Positions 22,101 through 34,914 of a DNA stretch of 64,000 nucleotides are shown here, in pieces. Source of the stretch: Eledone cirrhosa (lineage: Eukaryota). The stretch spans positions 130,324,001 to 130,388,000 of the forward strand of contig OZ024741.1 in NCBI GenBank assembly GCA_964016885.1, written 5' to 3'. Under the pieces are notes generated by a model. It worked only from the letters and a program-made list of their open reading frames with translations. It searched no databases and was not told where the DNA came from. The first letter of the stretch is position 1. Each line of letters opens with the position of its first letter. A program made the position numbers and the translations under genes.

Positions 22101-22400
22101 TAGTTTTGTTGTTATTTGTGATGGTAGTGGTGGTTGTGATTGTAGTTTTGTTGTTGTTATTTGTGGTGAGGGCGGTGGATTGGCAGTATCGGACGCCATG
22201 CTTTCCAGCATAGTTACGTCCCTTCACGGTCTGAGTTCAAATCCCGTCGAGGTTAACTTTGCCTTTCATCCTTACGGGGTCGATAAAATAAAGTACTAGT
22301 AATGTACTGGGTAATTGCTGGCCTTGTGCCTAAAGTAGAAACAGTTATTTGTGGTGATGGTGATGGTGGTGGTTGTGATTGTAGTTTTCTTGCTGTTATT
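19190..22400. repeat. Minisatellite: constant 30-bp core TGTGATTGTAGTTTTGTTGTTATTTGTGAT plus a variable (GGT)2-5 spacer, about 70 or more copies
   Basis: Read directly; unit lengths are multiples of 3, which explains the three ~1100-aa ORFs. Confidence 0.95.
22170..22343 (+). mobile_element. tRNA-derived SINE family A, near full length, inserted at the edge of the minisatellite
   Basis: Starts GGGCGGTGGATTGGCAG; B-box GAGTTCAAATCC; TSD GTTATTTGTGGTGA at 22156-22169 and 22344-22357. Confidence 0.9.
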
Positions 22401-23684
22401 TATAGTGATGGTGGTGGTAGTGGTGTTGGCGGTGGTGGCAATAATGATAGTTACAGAATAATGTAGGTGTTTGTAGTGATGGTGTGAAAAGAACGGGGCA
22501 TGGGGTGAGTTGAGTATGTGAATGTGTAAGCGTGTGTGAGCGTGTGTGAACTACTGTTGGTATAATGCGAAATTCGGGTGGGGTTGTTAGAAACAGAGAT
22601 GGTCAGGGCTGCGGTGGGGAACGTTCAAGATGGATGGAGAGGTACTGTACTCGAATGTGGTGTGTGTAGTGTAGTGTTGGCGTGGTGGGAGTGTATGTAA
22701 GAAAAGACACAGTGTTGGTGATCCTGGCAGGAGTCGCGGTGTAAGTCGTAGTTACGGTGCGGCAAGGGTACACTTGGTGTGGGAGGTGTAGTATAGTGTA
22801 GCGTGACAGTGTGCATAAGGGTGTGGTGGGAGTTGTAAACTGGTGCTGGTGAGAGGTGGTGGGGGTGGGGTGTAAGTACTAAAGGAAGAGGTCGAAGTGA
22901 GGCGAGGGTGTGGTTTGATTATTGCGCGGGTGTAATGGGGAGTGAGATACGATGGTGGTAGTTGTGGTAGTGATGGTAGTGGTGGTGGTGGGGTGGATGT
23001 GTGTCGAAAACAAACACCACCATAATAACACCACCATCACCATCACCACAACCACCAGTAACACCACCACCACTGCCACGACCACTACTACTACTATCAC
23101 GACGACGATGATGACTGTAACCTCCATCAACATCACCAACAAAAAACAGTAACAATAACAACACGCGGAACATCGCCACCGCCACTATAACACTAACATC
23201 AACACTACAACACCAATGACAACAACAACACAGCCAGAAACAACAACATCATCCCTTCATCCCCAACACCACCACCACCACCACTAACACCAACATAACC
23301 CCAGAACCACCATCATCATCATCATCATTACAATTTCACCACCACAACCATCGGTGCTTCAACTGCGTCACCCACAACCACCATCACAACAACAGCCTCT
23401 CATCAACTGAAAACAAAACAATATTAACTCCAATCTCGCCCTCGCAATACTAACACCACCACCATCAACCGCATCACACACATACCACCGTGAGACCGAA
23501 TCAATGAAAAAGCCTCTTCAAGATCACTCGACATGTGAGAAATAATAGTTAAATCACCCATTGTCATAAGTAACGAAGGCCATGGAGAATGTTTCCCTGG
23601 GTTCCTTTCATATGGGAAAATGTCGGTAAGGTCACGGCTAGAATGGCTTTGATCAGTGTAAACCTGTAGTTAAACAACAATAAA

Positions 23685-24103
23685 AATAATTGTTTCTACT
23701 TTTGGCACAAGGCCAGCAATACCCAGTGCATTACTGGTACTTTATTTTATCGACCCCGTAAGGATGAAAGGCAAAGTTAACCTCGGCGGGATTTGAACTC
23801 AGATCGAAACAACAATAGCAATAATGGTATCAGATTTAAACACAAGGACAACCCTTTTGGGGGGGACGGCAAAATCGATTAAATCAACCCCAGTACATTA
23901 CTGATACTATATGTTATCGACCTCGTAAGGATTTTGAACGCAGAACGTAAAGGGCCTTAATTACATGCCACAATCATGTTCGACGTTCTACCGATACTGC
24001 CAATCCACCGAAAAATAATAAAAATAATAATTATTTCTACTTTAGGCACAAGGCCAGCAATTACCCAGTGCATTACTGGTACTTTATTTTATCGACCCCG
24101 TAA
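23685..24103 (-). mobile_element. Three stacked SINE family A pieces (23685-23808, about 23830-24010, 24028-24103)
   Basis: Repeated TGTTTCTACTTT.GGCACAAGGCCAGCAAT and CCGATACTGCCAATCCACCG segments. Confidence 0.8.
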
Positions 24104-24104
24104 A

Positions 24105-24230
24105 GATTTCATTTATTAGCCACAAGGGCCGACATGTATGGGACAATACAAAGACAGGGACAGTGGGGGTTTACAATAAGGTCGAGTAAAAGTGCACAAT
24201 GGCAAGACTAATTTAACAATGAAGATATAA
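24105..24230 (-). mobile_element. 3' UTR fragment of the L1/Tx1-type LINE family
   Basis: TTATTAGCCACAAGGGC...ATACAAAGAC is shared with 42068-42115 and similar to 39013-39085. Confidence 0.65.
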
Positions 24231-24527
24231 AAATATAAAATAATAACAATAATAATAACAACAGCAACAATAACAACGACATTATTACACACAGTCAGAC
24301 AGCAAGACACATTTTCACACGCATAACTCACTCGTAAGTATTTTTCCATCTATATGTCAATCTCTATCATTATCTATCTACCAATACCCTCCCCCTCACA
24401 CACACATATATGCATATACAGGCGCGTATGCGTACACATTGTGATCATCATCACCATCGCCGTCATCATTGGCGTTATCATCATCATACTCATCATCCTC
24501 GTCACCATCGTCATTATTTGAAGTAGA

Positions 24528-24747
24528 GTTAGGGCAGCGGATTGGCAGTATCAGTAGAGCGTCGGACAACATGCTTCGTGGCATAGAATTACGGGCCTTT
24601 ACGTTCTGAGTTCAAATCCCGCTCAGATTAGTTTTGTCTTTCATCCTTATGGGGTCGACAAAATAAAGCACCAGTAATACACTGGGTCGATTTAATCGAC
24701 TTTCCCCTCCCTTTCAATTTGCTGGCCTGGTGCCCAAGGTAGAAACA
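24528..24747 (+). mobile_element. SINE family A, longer subfamily
   Basis: Full head and tail; TSD ATTATTTGAAGTAGA at 24513-24527 and 24748-24762. Confidence 0.9.
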
Positions 24748-25134
24748 ATTATTTGAAGTAGATTTAGTTACTAATTCTAGCGTCCCTATAGAGATCGGCT
24801 TCTTTACCCGCAATGGTTTTCTAGTTTGAAGGTAACCTCGAGTTAATTTGGTTTGGCCAAAGATTTTGTGGTCTTGGTCGTTGAAAAAGAAGTTGAGGGT
24901 CCGACAAAAGATCCGGTTAACCAAACGACTCGGGTCACCTATGGATGAGACTTCAAGCGAAACTCAAACCATTTCTATTTAAGCTGGATGTATGGTTCCA
25001 TTAAAACCTTGCGGAGCCCATCTTCTCTTCAGGTCTAAATACAGCAGATTTCTTTCAGAGAAGGGTAGAGAGAGTGGAAAAAAGGAACTGAGAAAGATAT
25101 AAAGAGGGAGAATCGACTCTAGTACAGACTCGAA

Positions 25135-25245
25135 AGACTAAAATGCAAAGTTAACCTCGTCAGGATTTGAACTCACAGAGCAGAGAGCAGAAACGAATAC
25201 GGCAAAGAGTTCGACGTTCTAATGACTTTGCAAATTCGCCGCCTG
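25135..25245 (-). mobile_element. Diverged SINE family A 5' half
   Basis: GCAAAGTTAACCTCGTCAGGATTTGAACTCA...AATTCGCCGCC. Confidence 0.6.
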
Positions 25246-26812
25246 AAGGTATTTCTAAATTTGAATAACTTTATGTGACGGAGTTTGAAAATGTTTGCCC
25301 ATACATCTCCTGTGCAACATAAACACTTTGCAATGCAAATATCTTGATATGCTTACAAATCCTTGGTAAATGAGCTCGTGTATATGCATAGTGACAATGA
25401 TCTTAAAAGGTGTATGTCAAGCAATGCCATTTTAGATTTAATTCATGAATTAGATTTCTTGTTTTTTTATGTCTGAAACAGTTTGACAAATTTAACTTTT
25501 CCTGATTATCTCTGCAGCTTCAATTAAAATGAAAGACACTTTTCAGTTTGGGACAAGATTTGATCGTTTTTAAAATGCATAATGGTTGAAAACAATTGTT
25601 TTTTCTGGCTCTTATTTCTACAGGGAAACAAACATTCGTTGATTTATTTAGAACGACAAAAAGAATTGTTGAACAACATACCAGAGAAATTACCAGATAT
25701 AAATCGATGGCAAATGAAATATATGTTTAAATGGAGCAAGTATTTATTTCTTATAAAATTATATGCACTATTGCAGCGCTTGTTTCTAGTAAAGGGATTG
25801 CTGATTCTCCCAAAGGAAAGTTTTTCAAAAGATTTTACTATATAAACGTATTGAAATTTATGGGAAAGCTGTCTTGTTAGTCCACACGATACTAAATATA
25901 TATAGACCCAGTTCATCGTATTTTTGTTTGTTAAATAAATGTTAATAGGAGACACAGAAGTAGACTACAAGCACGAGGGTTGGATAACATCCATAATATC
26001 GATTAGACTTGCTTGGGGAATCCAGCCGAATTATTTGGTGATATTTGCTTTCGATAGGACCGTCTTGAAGGCTTATCTAAGGACTCTACCGTCACGGTCC
26101 TACTGGAAATAAATGGGCTGAAGAAGAAGTGCCCACACACTTTGTATTTGTTCTTTCACAAATTTCTTAGAACATTTTTAAAATGAAATATTGTTGCGAT
26201 ATATTCTCAAAGGTCTAGATTATATTAATGAAAAAAATGTCCTTCTTTATGTATGCAGTTCCTCTTTCTTGTTATGTCCTATATATCAGACAAGGTAGTC
26301 GAAATATACAAAATATCTAAATTAACCCTTGAAAATTTATTTTCAGAAATGTATGTAAATATTTCCGATAGTATTGAGCAGCTCTAATCATATTTACAAG
26401 ACTTACAGTTAAATGAAAGACATCAGATTAAAAATTGGGTCGGATGAGTTCTTAGTCATTCAAAGCCCCTGAATGGTTACTTTATTTTCAAAACTATACT
26501 AAGAGGAAATAATCATGTCAGTCTACATACGATGGTAAGTTATCGAGTAATTACGGCGTACACAAAAATGTCATCACTTGTTCGATTATATTGTAGTTAC
26601 ATGGTAAAATCATTCTATTGAATATTATATTCTAAATTGTACGTTTACTCAATTTTGTAAAGAAAACATTATGCTAATTATATATATGTAGCGAGGGAAG
26701 GGACTAAAACACCTACAGAATTACTTCTCTGCCAAATGAGATATCAGCTACTGCATTTGGAGACGGGTACAGCAGCACTCTCAACACAGGTATGTGTTTA
26801 CTAAGCCTTTAA

Positions 26813-26862
<50 letters not shown>

Positions 26863-27010
26863 ATACTTTGGGAGGGGCATGTTGCCAATAAGAAACACAC
26901 GCACCAATTGCTTTCACTTCAATTTATTATAAATTAAATTTATAAATTTAGGAATTTATAAATTTCCGGTTGGTTGGTTGGTTCCACAACCAGACGATTG
27001 TTCATATATT

Positions 27011-27053
27011 GTCAAAGTTCTTTCGTCACACATTCTGTGACCTCTTCAGTGAC
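27011..27053 (-). ncRNA. Minimal type I hammerhead ribozyme motif (left inverted arm)
   Basis: Minus strand GTCA-CTGAAGA-GGTCACAGAATGTGTGAC-GAAA-GAAC-TT-TGAC: core CUGANGA/GAAA, stem I GTCA/TGAC, stem II GTCACA/TGTGAC. Confidence 0.75.
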
Positions 27054-27297
27054 TGGGGATTCTTTTCTTTGTTTTTGTGCCTCTCCTTTGTTCTGTCCTA
27101 CGCCATCTTGTTTTTGTGTGTGTTGTGTGTTTAGTTTGCGCATGTGTTACATCCGGGTGGCTGTGTGTGTTTATATTTGTTTATTTATTTGTTTATTTAC
27201 ATGTTACTGGTTGGTTGTTTGTTCTATGTGTGTGTGTGTTTTCATTTTGTCCTTAATTGTAAGTTGTGATGTTGCTATTCCATTCGTGTTTTCAAAG

Positions 27298-27598
27298 ACC
27301 TCCCTGTATAGATAAGAAATGTATAATCTGTAAACTAAGCCCCCATATTAACTGTAAAACTAGAAATGTAGTATATAGCATAAGATGTACTGAAGGACAA
27401 TGTAGAGATAAGAATATAGTGTACATAGGTGAGACAGCTCGTAGTATAGGAGAACGGATAAATGAACACTGGCGAGAGCTTCAAGATAGTAAAGAAACAT
27501 CTGTACTCTACCAACATGCTAAAATAGAACATAAGGGTAAATTAGAGAACATAGAAATAAAAATAGAATCTACACACAGAAAAGACGCAATGTTTTGA
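27298..27598 (+). pseudogene. GIY-YIG endonuclease fragment of a Penelope-like element
   Basis: NVVYSIRC...VYIGET-R--ERINEH...SVLYQHA motifs; premature stop at 27598. Confidence 0.85.
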
Positions 27599-27883
27599 CA
27601 AATCACAGAGGCAATAAACGTAAATGAACTCCAAAATTAAATAGAAAACACGAATGGAATAGCAACATCACAACTTACAATTAATGACAAAATAAACACA
27701 TACACACACATAGAACAAACAATCAACCAGTAACATGTAAATAAACAAATAAATAAACAAATATAAACACACACAGACACCCGGATGTAACACATGCGCA
27801 AACTAAACACACAACACATACAAAAACAAGATGGCGTAGGACAGAACAAAGGAGAGGTACAAAAACAAAGAAAAGAATCTCCA

Positions 27884-27926
27884 GTCACTGAAGAGGTCAC
27901 ATAATGTGTGACGAAAGAACTTTGAC
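27884..27926 (+). ncRNA. Minimal type I hammerhead ribozyme motif (right pseudo-LTR)
   Basis: GTCA-CTGAAGA-GGTCACATAATGTGTGAC-GAAA-GAAC-TT-TGAC. Confidence 0.75.
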
Positions 27927-28138
27927 AATATATGAACAATCGTCTGGTTGTGGAACCAACCAACCAACCGGAAATTTATAAATTACTAAATTTATAAATT
28001 TAATTTATAATAAATTGAAGTGAAAGCAACTGGTGCGTGTGTTTCTTATTGGCAACATGATCCCCCTAAAGTATAACAATATCGGTTTCAACACACGTTT
28101 TCAGATAAAGAATCTTGCTAAGCAAATTCAGAAACGAA

Positions 28139-28171
<33 letters not shown>

Positions 28172-28277
28172 TAAAGAAAATGTACAGACGTTAATTTGAG
28201 CCACTGTAATAATGTCTCCAATGCTTATAAGCAATTAAAATAATTACTTATAAACAGACGATGAACGGAAGAAAATA

Positions 28278-28460
28278 TAATTGTTTCTACTATTGGCACA
28301 AGGCCAGCAATCATCCAGCACATTACTGGTACTTTATTTTATCGACCCCGTAAGGATGAAAGGCAAAGTTAACCTCGGCGAGATTTGAACTCAGACCGTA
28401 AAGGAACGTAACTATGCTGGAAAGCATGGCGTCCGACTCTCTACCGATACTGCCAATCCA
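28278..28460 (-). mobile_element. SINE family A
   Basis: Near-complete match to the other copies. Confidence 0.9.
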
Positions 28461-29189
28461 AATGATTAAACCATCATGATATTATTGGATGACTAAACAA
28501 ATGAGATGAAGAGTAGCAAAAATAATTTTGTGGGTAGCATATATAACAGGCATTGATTTTTGCATGTAAAGATTTCCGATAGTATTGCGCAGCTCTAATC
28601 ATATTTGCAAGACTTTTATTTTGTTGATTTCTACTTGTTGATACATTCAATTATTTTCCCTGTATCGGGGATCCAATTCACATTTAGACTACAGTAGCTT
28701 AATGACACGTTTTTATATACAGTGTGTTTAACAAAAATTAGATATCATATTGAATCCACATATCTTTGAATTTCTCATTCAAATTTTGAAGAATAAATCT
28801 TATGCTGCTCAGCATTAACCCTGCTCAGCCGCGTTGTCCTATACTTTTTTATTTTCTGGGATATTTATATATCGAATTTTTCGAAAATCCTCTACATACT
28901 CAAAGCTTACAAACCATATCAACATTCGGATATTCAAAAGAAAATATTTCTAAATTACATTCTATTTCGCGCCGATATTTGTATTAGTATATAAATCATT
29001 GCCGTCTAAATTTTTGCTAAATGTTTTCAGTATCTCATGATTGCATTTGAGAATAAGTTCTTCAAATATTTTAAGTAGTACATTTTTATGCAATAATATC
29101 TCTTATGCTTTAAATGAGCAAATTTGCACTTCCCCAATAGTTTCACTTAATAATTGACCATGTTCATCATTGCGACGACAGTCGAACAT

Positions 29190-29590
29190 TCCTGACAAAG
29201 TCTCTACACATTTCATGATTTTCCATTGCTCCTGATTTTCCATTACTACTGAAGTTTGCATCGTCTGAGAATTGATAGATGAATGTTCGAGCAGCTCTTC
29301 ATCTATTGCATATTTCGTGATTTGATCCCCACAATAGTAGCTTGTGTACAATTTCCTATTTACTTCTCTAACAATGTCCTGTAATTTGAAACCGTCTTGG
29401 AGCAATTGTAGTTATTATCTTGGGCAAGTTTTCGTGTAAACCTGCATTTATGATACGTTGACACCAGTTTAGCTTTTGTACAACCCTAAGCATTTTAGTG
29501 TATACACCATCTACTTTCTTCTCAAGTGCTTGTGCCATCGTCCATGTACCTGATCCATACAACAACACTTAATCAACAGATGCTCTGAAG
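29190..29590 (-). pseudogene. RTE-type LINE ORF C-terminal fragment
   Basis: LLYGSGTWTMAQALEKKVDGVYTKMLR...RRFQITGHC, then HKLLLWGSNHE...RAARTFIYQ, typical of the RTE C-terminus. Confidence 0.75.
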
Positions 29591-29949
29591 AAAATCTAAA
29601 TAGGCTAAATAAAGACTAAATAAGCTAAATAACTTGAGAGAAAATATATGTGATTTTAATCTAGAACATTGGCTCTACTTACTTGGTTACCTTGGATAAA
29701 ACATACCTGAACATCGCAATTTTAAGATGCCACAATGTGCATCACAAATATTCCTGTAGATTTTCTGACCGATACGGAAGAGTTGATTGTTTAATATATA
29801 TTTAAACTATAAGGAACCTAATTATAACAACGCCTTCTCAAAATATCAATTTAGTATTTCGTCATTTTTGACGACACAGGTACACTAGTACATATATATA
29901 TTGTGTTACAGTTAATCAAATAAAGTAAATAAATGTTATTAAATCTCTA

Positions 29950-30100
29950 TGACTTCGGTAGGATTTGAACTCAATTACGGCCCTTTACGTTCTGAGTTCA
30001 AATCCCGCCGTCGATAAAATAAAGTAATACTAACGAACTTAGGTCGATTTAATCAACTCCCCCACCTCCAGAATTGTAAGCCATGTCTAAATCAAGAACC
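29950..30100. mobile_element. Rearranged SINE family A fragments (short minus piece abutting a plus piece with internal deletion)
   Basis: GGATTTGAACTC at about 29960 followed by GAGTTCAAATCC at about 29995. Confidence 0.55.
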
Positions 30101-30168
30101 TTTAATTCTCCACGACTTTAGATGCCATACGACATAGAGAACTATTCAGCAAATTTAGAATAAATATT

Positions 30169-30352
30169 TGTTTCTACTTTAGGCACAAGGCCAGCAATTA
30201 CCCAGTGCAATACTGGTACTTTATTTTATCGACCCCGTAAGGATGAAAGGCAAATTCAACCTCGGCGGGATTTGAACTCAGATCGTAAAGGGACGTAACT
30301 ATGCTGGAAAGCATGGCGTCCGAGCCTCTACTGATACTGCCAATCCACCGCC
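30169..30352 (-). mobile_element. SINE family A, full length, with a 131-bp 5' extension inside its TSD
   Basis: TSD ATTTAGAATAAATATT at 30153-30168 and 30489-30504. Confidence 0.9.
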
Positions 30353-30607
30353 CTTATTTAAAGCGACCTACAATGTTTCATTCTGCGTTGATGTTAGCGG
30401 TTTTCGTTATTGTCAATGGGTTTTTTGGACGGCAAATTCGAGACCCTTCTGTTTCTTCCTCAATAAACTGACTATTATGAAGACCATTATTTAGAATAAA
30501 TATTAATGAGAAATATGTAACACTTATCTACTCCGTTTTAATGTATACATTAATTCTGTACAACATACCGAACACGTTCAAATTTATTCGCGAAACGAAT
30601 ATATATA

Positions 30608-32051
30608 TCTATCTATACATATATATAAAAAACTGAAATTGCCTCTGTGTGTCCTAATTTTTGCAAAGTCTATACAAATCCACATTTCTACTCCGATTGA
30701 CTTCAAGCTTGCATTTATATATCCCTTGCGGTCTAAAGATATTAATTGCAGCTTTTATTTTTCAATTTTCTGTTGTTAAAGGGGTGTTAGGTGCCGGTTA
30801 TCGATCTCTCTGTCTTTCTTAGTCCGTCTTTTTAGATAGATACATAGCTATAACGTCACGCCCTTATAATATCTGTCTGTATGTCTGACTCTCTGCATTA
30901 CGACATTATGACAAACATTGTTCTCATTGATGACATATTATCTTCGCTATTTTCCGTTCATTGCCAGGGAACGTCTTCACGAACCAAAGTATCGTCTTCC
31001 TGTTTTCCTTCGGCTGCAACGGTTTTCGAAATATTTACTTCGGCGTTCACAGATTGATTTTTTTAGTTTCAGAAGATCCCGTTAAGGGTGAAAGCACACG
31101 TTGTAGGCAATGCCAATGTTACTGCTGCTACATAGGACTCCCATTACCACTGAACTTTCACATTTGCGTTCTGCATTTCCATCTGCAGGCCAACTTGGAA
31201 TGGTCTTCATAATAGTCAGTTTATTGAGGAAGAAACAGAAGGGTCTCGAATTTGCCGTCCAAAAAACCCATTGACAATAACGAAAACCGCTAACATCAAC
31301 GCAGAATGAAACATTGTAGGTCGCTTTAACCCGTCTTTTATTAATCAAAAAACTTCTTGCCAATAAACATTAACCCTTTGTGCGCCATTCATCTAACTGT
31401 AGACCAACAAATACCAACTAAACGGAGCGTTGACAAGAACGATGGCGAATGAATCTTCGAGGTAAGCAGTTTCCTACCGAGCTGTTAGTTCACGTGGGAT
31501 TCTCTGCTACACCTTTTGATAATAATACCAAACAACGTACTGTTGGTCACTCCTTCCTCCAAAAGCCGTACAAAGCGGACATGTGCATCGGGCAGATGGA
31601 TCGGGTGCAAATCTACACCAGGTCTACGCGAGAAATTCGCAAGGGACTGCAGCGAGAGGGATAGAGAGAAAGAGTAACTTAGTGGAAAGAGTGCGAATGA
31701 ACTTTTGAGGTAAGTAGCCTACGCCTTACTGCTATGACACTGGAACCTTCTGCCAACTTAACCTGTGTCTTTCTCTTTCAGATTTACTTCAATAGGCCAA
31801 AACAGAGTGGAAACGCCGGGGGACAACTGTCACAGAAGGAGTATGAAAAGAAGGGGCTCAACAATATGTCTATGAACAATGCACGTAGACAGCTAAACTG
31901 TACTTTCAACTTCTTAATTTTCTCCAAATAAAACAAGTTTCCTGTCGGTATATTTTCGTGAGTTTTTAACAGGCACTCACAAATAAACGTTTCTCATTGG
32001 AGGTGTTATTACCAATGTTCTTACCTGTGCAACGCCGGGATACACTGCTAG
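30608..32051 (+). mobile_element. Non-autonomous Helitron (~1.44 kb)
   Basis: 5' A|TCTATCTATACATATATATAAAA; 3' imperfect hairpin CCTGTGCAACGCCGGG followed by CTAG|T at 32048-32052; no TSD, as expected for Helitrons. Confidence 0.7.
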
Positions 32052-32106
<55 letters not shown>

Positions 32107-32111
<5 letters not shown>

Positions 32112-32445
32112 ACTAGGAATTGATCAACATATATATAAATAAATATAAACATGAATAATCATTAAAAGATTAATCATTAAAAGGTATCTATTTTTGAAGT
32201 TCTAGTTAACTTTATTTATTTGTTACCTACTAGCCATGCATGGTTACACGCTTGTAAAAATTATCTCCTGTGATTATTCATGTTTATATTTATTTATATA
32301 TATGTTGATCAATTCCTAGTTATTATAAAATGCTCGCACCTACAAAGTCTTTGAGCTTATTTTCCGGGCGATATGGGGCATTCCGTTAAGGCATGACACC
32401 CACAATTTCGATTTAGATTGAATTAATTTAATTTATCTTAATTTT
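32107..32445. mobile_element. Small TA-flanked element with a 55-bp inverted repeat (32107-32161 / 32270-32324), likely a truncated PLE end
   Basis: TAATAACTAGGAATTGATCAACATATATATAAATAAATATAAACATGAATAATCA and its reverse complement. Confidence 0.6.
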
Positions 32446-32734
32446 GGATATATATATATATATATATATATGAGTTCGGATCGAGCTGTCGAAACGGCCG
32501 GAGCTCAGCCGTCGGGGTCCTGACTCTTTTCCTATTACCCACTCTACTACCCTAAGTATCGAGTACTCTGGTGCGTTATGGTCCACCTGGTTCCTTACCA
32601 CATTTTCTTTCTTTCTTGATATATATATATATATATAAGGGAACGGGCGAAGGATTCAAGAACACCCGCTTTGTTCGTTCCCTTGTCAATTCAATTTGGA
32701 TTGCCTAGAGAACATAACCTTATTATGTAAGAAG

Positions 32735-32810
32735 CTGTCTGATGATGTCACGGCACTGGGTACACCGAAGCGCGTGGCCACTGTCGTCATTGAAATATGT
32801 ACCACAGCAT
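32735..32810 (+). ncRNA. Degenerate hammerhead-like motif in a short TA-flanked element
   Basis: GCTGT-CTGATGA-(ACGGCA...TGTCGT stem)-GAAA-TATGTACC-ACAGC; the cleavage triplet is non-canonical. Confidence 0.45.
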
Positions 32811-32854
32811 TATCATTAAAGGACTTTAACCTCTGAAACTACTTCACATTTTCT

Positions 32855-32954
<100 letters not shown>

Positions 32955-32993
32955 GTAGGTGAGACTGGTGAGGTGGAGTTGGTTGGGGAAGGC

Positions 32994-33730
<737 letters not shown>

Positions 33731-33807
33731 ACTATATACATATATATGGCCTCAGCCGGCTGGCTGGAACAGGTAAAAGAGTAAAAGAGTATATATCTAT
33801 AAATAAA

Positions 33808-33946
<139 letters not shown>

Positions 33947-34240
33947 GATTGGAAGGTTAGTAAAATCGAAGCTGTGACGTTCAGTCAACATCCGCGATAG
34001 AACAAAATTCGGAGTTTGCATGAACCACTCAATAAGAATGTATCGATAAATCGATAGGTTACATCTTAGAATCATAAACATACGTTAAATAGCGTAATAA
34101 ATTGAAAACTGTGGTTAAGAGGACAAAGCCACCGCAACAACGAAAATACAATCAGGTTAAATAACAAACCTGGACCATACCGAGGGGTATTATATAATAT
34201 CCTCGATTGGTTTCTATGAATCCCAAATCAATAGGATGCA

Positions 34241-34329
<89 letters not shown>

Positions 34330-34354
34330 GTGTGTGTGGGAGGGGGGGACAGAA

Positions 34355-34864
34355 CTAACAACACAATTGGTACAGTATATGGAAGGAATATATTATGTTA
34401 ACGCTTGAAATATTAGGAAGAGGGTCTTAATGCTAGTCCTTCATCTGAAGAAAGAATGAGAAATAAGATAGATGGAAGGGACGGGTGGGTTGGAATTGAA
34501 GGTACTTGGGTGGGAGTGAAAAATAGACTGGTGAGAAGAAAAAGGTGGTGTGAGAAGATTGTAGTAGAGGAAAAGTGATAGAGAGTCGTTGTATATTTAA
34601 ATGCAATAAGCAAAGACAATTTCAGTGATACGAAAGATTTCCTGCTGGAAGTTCAGGTATACTCCGGGTTGGTATCCAGTTTCGCGGTGAATATCCAATT
34701 TGAAAATCCACCGAATTTGAGAGGTTCACGGAAGCGTTGATTATATATATGAATGTAAAAGATAAAGCGAAATAACAACACAATCGTTACAGTATATGGA
34801 AGAAATATATTAGGTTAACGCTTGAAATAGCAGGAAGAGCGTCTTAACGTTTCGGACACTAGTC

Positions 34865-34868
<4 letters not shown>
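34355..34868 (-). mobile_element. Truncated PLE with direct pseudo-LTRs (34355-34450 / 34773-34868) carrying partial minimal hammerheads
   Basis: Repeated TAACAACACAAT.GTTACAGTATATGGAAG; minus strand shows CAGATGAAGGACTAG in one copy and GGACTAGTGTCCGAAACGTTAAG in the other. Confidence 0.6.

Positions 34869-34909
<41 letters not shown>

Positions 34910-34914
<5 letters not shown>

Larger units (their letters stand above)
26856..28140 (+). mobile_element. 5'-truncated Penelope-like element: inverted pseudo-LTR, GIY-YIG endonuclease 3' part, pseudo-LTR; set in (TA)n
   Basis: ~438-bp inverted arms 26856-27293 and 27644-28082 flank CKTRNVVYSIRC...YIGETARSIGERINEH (GIY-YIG). Confidence 0.9.

Noticed and set aside
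19190-22160. CRISPR-like repeat-spacer look
   Set aside because: Spacers are only (GGT)n; eukaryotic context; no cas genes.
22170-22260. tRNA genes at SINE heads
   Set aside because: A/B-box-like motifs belong to multi-copy SINEs with tails and TSDs; no full cloverleaf.
18931-22299. Three ~1100-aa ORFs (Thr/Asn mucin-like, Cys/Gly, Val-rich)
   Set aside because: Minisatellite with 3n units; two of the ORFs begin or end inside a SINE.
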